Positions 56,292 to 64,000 of a stretch of 64,000 bases of DNA are shown one piece after another. A program made the position numbers and the translations under genes. The first letter of the stretch is position 1. Every line of letters begins with the position of its first letter. The stretch comes from Guillardia theta CCMP2712 (lineage: Eukaryota; Protista; Cryptophyta), in contig NW_005434670.1 in the NCBI RefSeq assembly GCF_000315625.1, positions 1,194,258 to 1,258,257 on the forward strand, in the 5' to 3' direction. Under the pieces are notes generated by a model, which was given only the letters and a program-made list of their open reading frames with translations, searched no databases and was not told the DNA's origin.

Positions 56292-59124
56292 ATGGTGAAG
56301 GTTTTGCTCCTGTTCCTGTCGACATGCTCGCTTGTCCATGTCCTCTTCATAGCTCAGAGAACAGCAAAGTTGCATCCTCCGGTCCTTCGCTTGCCCGTGC
56401 TCGTTGAGGTGCGGCTCCGTGGGGGTCAAGATGAAACCGACTGGTGGAACTTTGAGGAGCGGACGTTACAGAGCGACAAGGAGGAAGGAGGAGCAGCAGA
56501 CATGTGACTCGCTGCCTCTCTTGTCGCCTCGGAACTGACTCTTGCTTTCAGCTTCCTTTCCGAATCGAAACCGCCGCAAGGGGATGTGTTCATCGCCTCT
56601 GCCCAGCCCGAGGAGGAGCAGGAAGGCAGCATGGAAGCAGCTCCTCACAGCGAGCAAGACGGGCTTGACGTTCAGTGTGCATGGATGACCTTCATCGACA
56701 TGCTGCATCAGAGGAACCTTTGCCAAGAGATCGTGAGCTGGCAGCCGCATGACGCGCTAGGTAGTGAGGGGAACGTGGCGGGAGGAGCGCATCTCCGACG
56801 AGCGATCAAGGCTGCGAGGTCGAGGTACAAGAGGTTGCTCTCCCGACTGACTTGTCTCACAGCAACGCTTCAGTCTTCCGCATCTCACCCCACAAGTACC
56901 AGCTGGACTCAACCTGCCGTGTTCGTCTGAAGCGAAGGCTGCGGTACAAGCCGACGAGTGGTCAAGCTCGGTACCTCTCTTGCGTCAGGAGCGAGCTCAA
57001 CAGGTTTCTCTTCCTCGAGCATGCAGACCTGCAGCTTTCCGAGCGCGTGCAGCTCGTCGGCAGGTGGGAGTTGAACATGGCGACGAGAGGGATGTTAAGC
57101 TCCCTCGACTTTCACCTCGTAGCCACCCAGGCAGATGACACGTGAGAGTCGATGATTTCCTCCTCCTCATCCTCCTCCTTCTACTTCTTCTCATGCTGTC
57201 TGCAGCTTGTTCTGTGTGGAGGGAGGCCCGTGGGTCTTCTCCTCCTGTGAACTTCGAGCACCCGCAGCCATCGCCATGATCGTCGTCCGCAAGGGGAGGG
57301 CGAGCATGGTTCACTGCTCTGTGAGGGGGGAAGGTTCAGACAAGCCGATGGAGGATGGAGTAGTTTGCCGAGAGGATGTGAGCATGTGTATCTGTTGCTG
57401 GTCCCCTCCTCTATTTCTCTTCTCTTCCCCCCTCCTGCTTTTGTGAGTTGGGTCCTTCTTATCAGAGATGTTTTATCAGGCTGTTTTTGCTGCAGATTTC
57501 TGCACTTTTCGCTTCATCGGGATCGTCGAAGAGCAGGTCACGCCTCACTTCGAGGTGATGGGGGGTCGCCAAGAGGTGACCCTGGCATCAACGTCTGGCA
57601 CAGTACTCTCGTGCTTCGATGTAAGCAGCACCTGCTTGCGCCTCCGCCACAACCACCACCTGCTCTTCTCCTTTCCACCCTTTCATTCCATCCTGATCTC
57701 TTACGTCCATCACAGAGGAGCAAGGCAAGAGTCCGATCCTCCCTATTCCTTCAATGCGGTAACTGGTTGGCATTCTTGCGCTGCTTGTGAGGTGTGCACT
57801 GCAGGAATCGGAATCATCCTCGGGGACTTTGCACAAGTTTCGGTTTCTTCCTCCTCCTTTCACGAGATGGATGCCGCGTTTGAAGTCTACGAGGATAGGA
57901 AGGTAGAACCTCCTCCCTCTCCGTCCAGCACTCACCTGTCGCAGGATTGTTTCCTCTCAGCTCGTCAAGTGAGCGTGTCGCGGGGAGTGCAAGAGATGTT
58001 GGTCAACGACACTGAATTCCAAGAGTACGAGTGGTTGTCTGATTGTCAACTGTGGCACTCCGACGATCGGCCTCCCCGTTTGGAGGAGCAGGACTGCAAT
58101 GTGAGGGTTTGTAGTTTGTGATCCCGCGATTGTTTTGTTCTCCGTCATGTCTCCCTCTTCCAGGTTGGGTTCAAAGCGACCTACATCCACAAAGTGGAAG
58201 CGTGGTACGACAAGTTTCTGCAGCTCATCCTGGTTCCTGCTTCCCGCCTCCTTGGCTTTTGTTCATCTCACAACATTGCAGGATATGAGTAGAATTCGTG
58301 CGCACCCGCTTGCTAAGGTAATCCTGCTCCTTCTCTTTTTGTTTCCCCATAACCTCTTCCCCTACAATCTCTTCTCCTCCTCAACTTCACGTGTTGCTGC
58401 CTCTAAGATCCCTTTCTTTTCTTGTTTCTTTTCTTGTTGATTGTTTCTCCTATCCCTCTGTTGCCGCCATCCTGTCGACCCTGAAGGCCCCTCGCAGCCA
58501 AGATGGGAAAAGTTCCTGGAAAAGCATCCAGATTTCTTGAAGATCATGTCGTTTGACATGACGGAGGATGAAATCGATCAGCACATGTTCGTTTTTCTGT
58601 CTGTTCCTGCTGCTCTTTTGACTGAGAGCAGAATGGCGGAGTACCCGGAGTTCGAGAGGATCAAGGAGGAAATTGAGCGCAACGTCACTCAGCAGGAGCA
58701 GGAGCAGAGGAGCATCGTCTACAAGTAAGATTATCGCCCCCCTCTGTGTTGCTCGCTCTCATCCTCCAACAGCATCTTTCTCCCAACCCCGGGGCCTCCT
58801 GTACCTGGCGATATCGGACACTACGAGGTTGACCCAGAGAAGGAGATCCGATATGTGAGATCCTTGTCTTCTTTACTTCCTTCCCGCGCCCCCTCCCCCC
58901 TCCTCCTCTCCCTAATGACTGCGCAGGCTCTTCGTGCTAAGACTTACCTGGAGAGAGATCCGAGACTTGTGAGGTTTGTGATTGCTCGCTGGCTTCTACT
59001 CAGACTGCCACAGGCACCTCTCATTCCTCCATTTCCGGGTGTGGACGAGGATTACTTCCGTGAGGCATACAAGAAGCCGATTGAAGCAGAAGAGGACGCA
59101 GTTGCTAAAGCATTCAAGAGCGAT

Positions 59125-59159
<35 letters not shown>

Positions 59160-59196
59160 ATCAGTCCAAGATGCGAACACGATGCAAGATGAATGA
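56292..59196 (+). CDS. Hypothetical signal-peptide protein with VRLRGG motif, possible beta-helix region and acidic tail, multi-exon
   Basis: MVKVLLLFLSTCSLVHVLFIAQ..VEVRLRGG; consecutive plus-strand exons; ends (DE)n..NTMQDE*. Confidence 0.6.
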
Positions 59197-59282
59197 AGGA
59201 ATAATCAATCCATTAATCCACAAGGATTCAGTGAATGAATTTAATCCTAGAGCCGAGTCTTCGCAATAATAATCTTCACCAT

Positions 59283-59643
59283 CTAGTGGAACACAACTGG
59301 GGGACCCTCCCAAGGAACGCCGTTCTTCCAGTAGTCGTAGGTGGAGTTCATCGGGGCGCAGCCGAACATGCCAGCAACAGCGCAGGGGGCATCAGGACCA
59401 TCATCAGCGATGCCACCCCAGGCAGGAGGAGGACCGACGTCACCGGCGTGGTGGTGGGCCAAGAAGGCCTCCACTCCCATAAGCTGCAGCACATGTCATT
59501 GTTGGATTTCGTAGATGCGATGAAGTTGAATACATGCCAACCCGATCCAAGTTCAATTTTCTTTTTCATCAGTCAACAAGATCGATCAATTTCAAAGAAC
59601 GAGAGATGTACTGAATACAACACTACTCACTGGATGACCACAT
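59283..59643 (-). CDS. Small hypothetical Gly/Pro/Trp-rich protein (short 5' exons)
   Basis: GC-rich last exon LMGVEAFLAHHHAGDVGPPPAWGG...WEGPPVVFH* after an acceptor CAG; candidate ATGTGGTCATCCA|GTGAGT first exon. Confidence 0.45.
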
Positions 59644-60392
59644 TTCAAGGCAGGTACAAATAATGGCATCAACAGACACCCAGATGAAATGGAACACAAA
59701 GCAAAAAAAAAAAGCACAAGAAATGATTTGAACATCTTGTTTGAGTTTAAATGCACAAGATACTATCAACGATCATCACTGCAGCAACAGAATACTCCAT
59801 GAAAAACCAGCTAACCCATCATGTCAACACACATAGCAAGACTTCTAAGAGTGACGGCCCATAATCAAGTAGTGAAACAAATGCCACAATCATGCTCTGC
59901 ATTAATATCTCCCCTTCTTTCAACATATTATTTACAGTCGCTCCTCAAACAAGTCGCAATCCGCTGCCATCTTACCTTTTGGAAGAACATTTCCCGTGCG
60001 AAGAGACGCGGCTCTTGGTTTTATACCATCTCAATCTCGTACCCCCCCACCCCCTTTATCCCACATACTACCTACCCCATGGGGTAACCGAAGAGCCAAG
60101 AGTCAAGAGACAGGTACCAATCCGGATCGACAGAACATTTTATGCATTATTTAAAGCTGCTCTTGGTACAATACTAAAATTATATAAAGTATGATTCCTA
60201 CTCAGAGTAAGTCCGCGCAGGAGGAAACAATAATAGCCACAAGTTTTAAAAGCTTAGTTCAGTCTCCGGCTCAACTAAACTTGGCGCCCGGGTCATCTGG
60301 CCGGGCCGTTACTGAGGTTCGAGTCATCGGCCGGCCCGGGGGCGGTTGCCGGGCGGCCCGGAGAGGCGGACAGTGTGACGTACGCGTGCAAC

Positions 60393-61636
60393 ATGCTAGA
60401 TCGTAGTGTTGCGATGGTTGACGGTATGATCGAGGAGCTTGAGGCTTTCCTGGGGGTATCGTCCAAGAATAATTGCGCCATGAAGGATGAGAAGAAGAAG
60501 AAGGTCGAGAAGGTGTGAGGTGATCGTAACGTCGTTCGCGGCTAATTGAGTTGTTAGGAACAAGCTAAACAACCTGACAAAGTAAAGGATGAGAAGAGAA
60601 CAGAGAAAGGCATCGAAAACAAAAAGACAGACAGCAAACCTGATGAAAAGAAGAACAAAGCTGAGAAGCAAAACAAAGAGCCGAAAGCTGCTGGGGACAC
60701 GAAGGCCGCACCTGCTTCAGAAGGCGAGCAGGTGAGATTATTTCACTTGTACGAATTATCATTGAAGTACACAAAATCCAGCCTGAATTCACCAAGCTTG
60801 AGCTCAAAGTTGGAGTTCTCACCAAGACATGGTTTCATCCAGATTCCGAAAAGCTTTACTGCGAAGAAATAGATGTTGGCGAGGTTTCACAGCTGTTATT
60901 TTCTTTATTTCTTTGACCAACCCATTTTGTACAGGAGGCACAGCGTCAGGTTGCGTCAGGGCTCAGGCATCATTTTTCTCTTGAGGAATTCTGTACGCAT
61001 TTTGACACTGGAATACCCTATATTTCTGATCAGAAACTATAAGGTCCGGGGAGGAAAGTTGTAGTCGTTACAAACCTAAAGGCAGCAAAAATGGCTGGAT
61101 TCGAATCGCAAGGTTCGATCTTGTCGTGCCTTTCTACAGCGAAGAAACTAATCACCTTTGAAATCAGGTATGGTGATGGCAAGCACCAGTCCTGATGGGA
61201 AGGTTGAGTTACTAGATCCTCCCCATGATGCAAAGGTTGCAGAAATTGGTTTTGATGTTCCAAACTCATGTCAACTTTTTCTAGGTTGGAGAGAGGATTT
61301 TCATAGAAGGATTGACAGGAGAGCCATTCAATCCTAATCAGGTCCAAAAGAAGAAAGTTTTGCAGGTACACTACTCCATGTCGCAATGACCTCATACTGA
61401 ACTGCATTCCGCAGGCTGTTTTGCCAGATCTACAAACAAATGACGATTGTGTTGCTTGCTGGCAGGTGACTACTTGTCCTGACATCTCGCTCCATTAATT
61501 CGTTGATTTATTTGATCGTAGGGCAAGCCATTCATGACAAGTGCTGGCCCCATCAAGGTGATGTACTGCCGTACTTTCTATTTCGGATGACCGACATTCA
61601 CAGGTTAAATCAAACAAGAAGTGTCCAATCGGTTGA
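60393..61636 (+). CDS. tRNA-binding OB-fold protein (Arc1p/AIMP1-EMAPII/MetRS C-domain-like), multi-exon
   Basis: Lys-rich N-terminus then FTKLELKVG..HPDSEKLYCEEIDVGE..RQVASGL..VVVTNLKAAKMAGFESQGMVM..VELLDPP..VGERI; ends KKCPIG* at 61636. Confidence 0.9.
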
Positions 61637-61811
61637 TTTATATTTCTTACAATGTCGTCCACAACCTCTTATTCCCCAAAATGGAACAATTAAAGCTGTT
61701 TTGTTTGTGTGACTGCGACTTATAAGCTTTTGCGACAAAGTGATGTTCGAAAAAGGGAGCTTGGACTACAGTATCCGTTGCACTGCTTCAATCTGGTCCA
61801 AGACGTGCGCA

Positions 61812-62009
61812 TCAACCAATTGGTTGCATATAATAATAAGGATCGTACGCTCCTGCTGCTGCACCCGCAGGTTCTGTGACAAAAGATCCTGAAGCCATGT
61901 ACGAGGGATAATACTCATTTGGTGGCGGTAAAGCAGGGGCGTAAGGGTACGCAGGAGGAATTAGGGTAAAGTACATTTTAGGCCCCAGCCTCGTATCTGA
62001 GCCCTGCAT
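61812..62009 (-). CDS. Small Tyr/Pro-rich hypothetical protein
   Basis: 65-aa ATG-initiated ORF with strongly biased YP composition (PPAYPYAP..YDPYYYMQP). Confidence 0.4.
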   Translation of the reverse strand: MQGSDTRLGPKMYFTLIPPAYPYAPALPPPNEYYPSYMASGSFVTEPAGAAAGAYDPYYYMQPIG

Positions 62010-63376
62010 TTAATCATCACTGTCGTACTCGAACAAAGCAAAAAGGTCACCCCGTCCCAAGAGAGGAAACAAGCTCAACAACTTCAAAAGATACCGAGAG
62101 TGGATTTTCAATCGAGAAGGAAATCAAGGCACCCTAAAATATAGGATAGAAATCATCTGATTGATATAAATATAAAACTACTTCGAATCATTTGCTGACC
62201 ATGTTCGCACTTCTCACTCAACCGAAGATTGACAACTGTTCTGATGTCCCTCATACAACTTTAAATCCAATCTCCTTTCATACCTCTGACTCTTCGAGTG
62301 AGTTTGTCACACTTGCTTAACCTAGTCATATGAACGTTTTGACACGTCAATGGCAACAGGATTCATGAACAAACGTGGTGTTCTCTATCATCCACGCATT
62401 CCACTCGAATCACGGCGCTTCGCATTTTTGCTAGATGCAACGGAATATAACGTCTGGATAACGGAAATTTTAAAAGACAGTTATAAGAACCATGTCAGTA
62501 CGAATTATTTCAAAAGGCCCGGGGCGTCTAGCTACACGGCTGCCGAATCCCGCTACCAGAGCACCGTTCTTGTACCATCATTCTGTCACCAAAAGTGTTA
62601 TAAATTTCTATACTTGACTAAACATTGAATAAATTTATTTTAAAAAATTATTAAAGATAAAATCTCAGTTGTATGATTCTTATGGTGGGGTGATTGAATG
62701 GGACGGTAGGGTAGTGTGGACATCGAAGGGTCCCCTCTTGTGTGAGAGTACCCCTCCATTTATGTCAACAATCGCCTGCTCATTGTTTTGGTGATGTTAC
62801 CCTGGCGTCCATGGGGAAGGGTAAATCCCATCATTTGAGGGGGTAGGGGTGTTAATGAGGGGGTCAGAATTGAAGTCAAAAGCTCCACTCTGAATGGGTG
62901 GGGTACTGAGATCCTGAAATCAAAGACGGGTCGGGTACTGATTATGATTCAGGGTGGTGTGATGGGTGGCAAGGTACACTTCGTGGGGCGGGGGGTACAA
63001 TTCTGGTTTTTGAAATTGCACCCCCTACTACCCTATTACCCCACCCCCCTCAACATCGAAGCTAACTACTACCCCTCCCCAACATTCAGCCATTGCATTC
63101 AGCTCATTGATGCCGCAGGGAACAGGAGGGCAATGTATGCAGCGAACATGAAGTTCTCTGGATAGCATCGTGATGCTCAGGCAGTGCACGCAAAATTTGT
63201 AAGAATGTTGCGGGAATGACGAGGCGGAACGAGAAGATAATGCTTCAACCCCTTGATTGGCTGCATTACGACTGAACGGAATTTCAACTTGTAAAAACGG
63301 GCCCTTTCGTTTTCTACTCCAAAGCTAAGAATTACAGCAATATCAGTCCGTGAAATAAAAGATTCCTGAGGAAGTC

Positions 63377-64000
63377 ATGGGAGCAGAAACATCAAAGCAA
63401 GGTTCGAAAATGGGCGTGGAAGCTCTAGGTTGTGTTGACTGCCTTTCAGCAAACCATGCGAAGGTAAGTCAAGAAGTCTTTTTTCCAAACCCTTACGCGT
63501 CTGCTTATTTTGCTTGCTCAGAATCGAGTGCCATCAACGTCCAGCCTTCTCTCGCGGTCTCCGGCACATTCCGGATTTTATTCCATGAGCTCCGACGATC
63601 TTAGATTTTCGGAAGGACAAAGCGGCAAAGAGACAAGAAGTTCACACGATCTTTCTACATACCAATCAGAGTTTTCTGAGCCAGAAAACACAGATCAGGT
63701 CAATGCTTGATCACACCGTATGTTTGTTTGACGAGACTCACACGATTATTACAGCCTAGCAGATTGAAAGTCTATGATCACTCAGCCAGCAAAAAAACAC
63801 ATCAGGTGTTAGACAAAGCAGCTCTCAAGACTGAAAGTCTCTGTGTGCAACGATCAACACCTCATTTTGATTCTTTTTTCACTTGTTATGTGCATGCACT
63901 CAAAGAAAAAAAAACGTTGATCATTATCCTAAATTACGGGACAGGATTTGCGGGAACAGCGAACACTGGATTCTGACGCTACTGACACTCTGCTAAAGGT
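63377..64000 (+). CDS. 5' part of a multi-exon protein with N-myristoylation motif (runs off window)
   Basis: MGAETSK fits MGxxxS/K; nearby CVDC; GTAAGT donor at ~63464 and following Ser-rich exons. Confidence 0.55.

Noticed and set aside
1-64000. tRNA, rRNA or other structured RNA genes
   Set aside because: No cloverleaf, A/B-box or rRNA-conserved sequence recognised by eye; a covariance-model scan would be needed to exclude them.

Overview
Gene-dense eukaryotic nuclear DNA with many short (~45-60 nt) GT-AG introns, microsatellites and two 100-N gaps. Gene content and intron style suggest a cryptophyte-like alga, but that is inference. The centre (26195-43152) is a nested pair of young Ty1/copia LTR retrotransposons. 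Element A has 389-bp LTRs, TSD AATCA, an intact gag-pol ORF and a half-tRNA-iMet-type PBS. Element B (33776-42931) has 924-bp LTRs and TSD ATAAA, and sits in a TATAAA motif of A's 3' LTR. B is the most unusual object: it has no tRNA primer-binding site but a perfect hairpin with an alternative fold at that position, an RGG-rich Gag without a zinc knuckle, a +1 frame break inside the integrase zinc finger at CTT-GGG-C, and a Tudor/SH3-barrel-like segment after the integrase core. Downstream are two tandem intronless ~12-TM class III nucleotide cyclases with swapped catalytic halves and a non-canonical Q/C base-specificity pair. Host genes include a BASS4/SBF-like transporter, a PDZ-TPR-U-box (CHIP-like) E3, a prokaryote-type MFS transporter, an adrenodoxin-type ferredoxin, a SAM methyltransferase, a TM-FN3-CS protein, a GH5 exo-beta-1,3-glucanase, a DEK_C protein and an Arc1p/EMAPII-like tRNA-binding protein. 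Intergenic DNA repeatedly carries GC-rich islands of nested short palindromes and (T/C)ACCCC-rich tracts. Family assignments come from motif recognition by eye, not database searches, and spliced gene boundaries are approximate.
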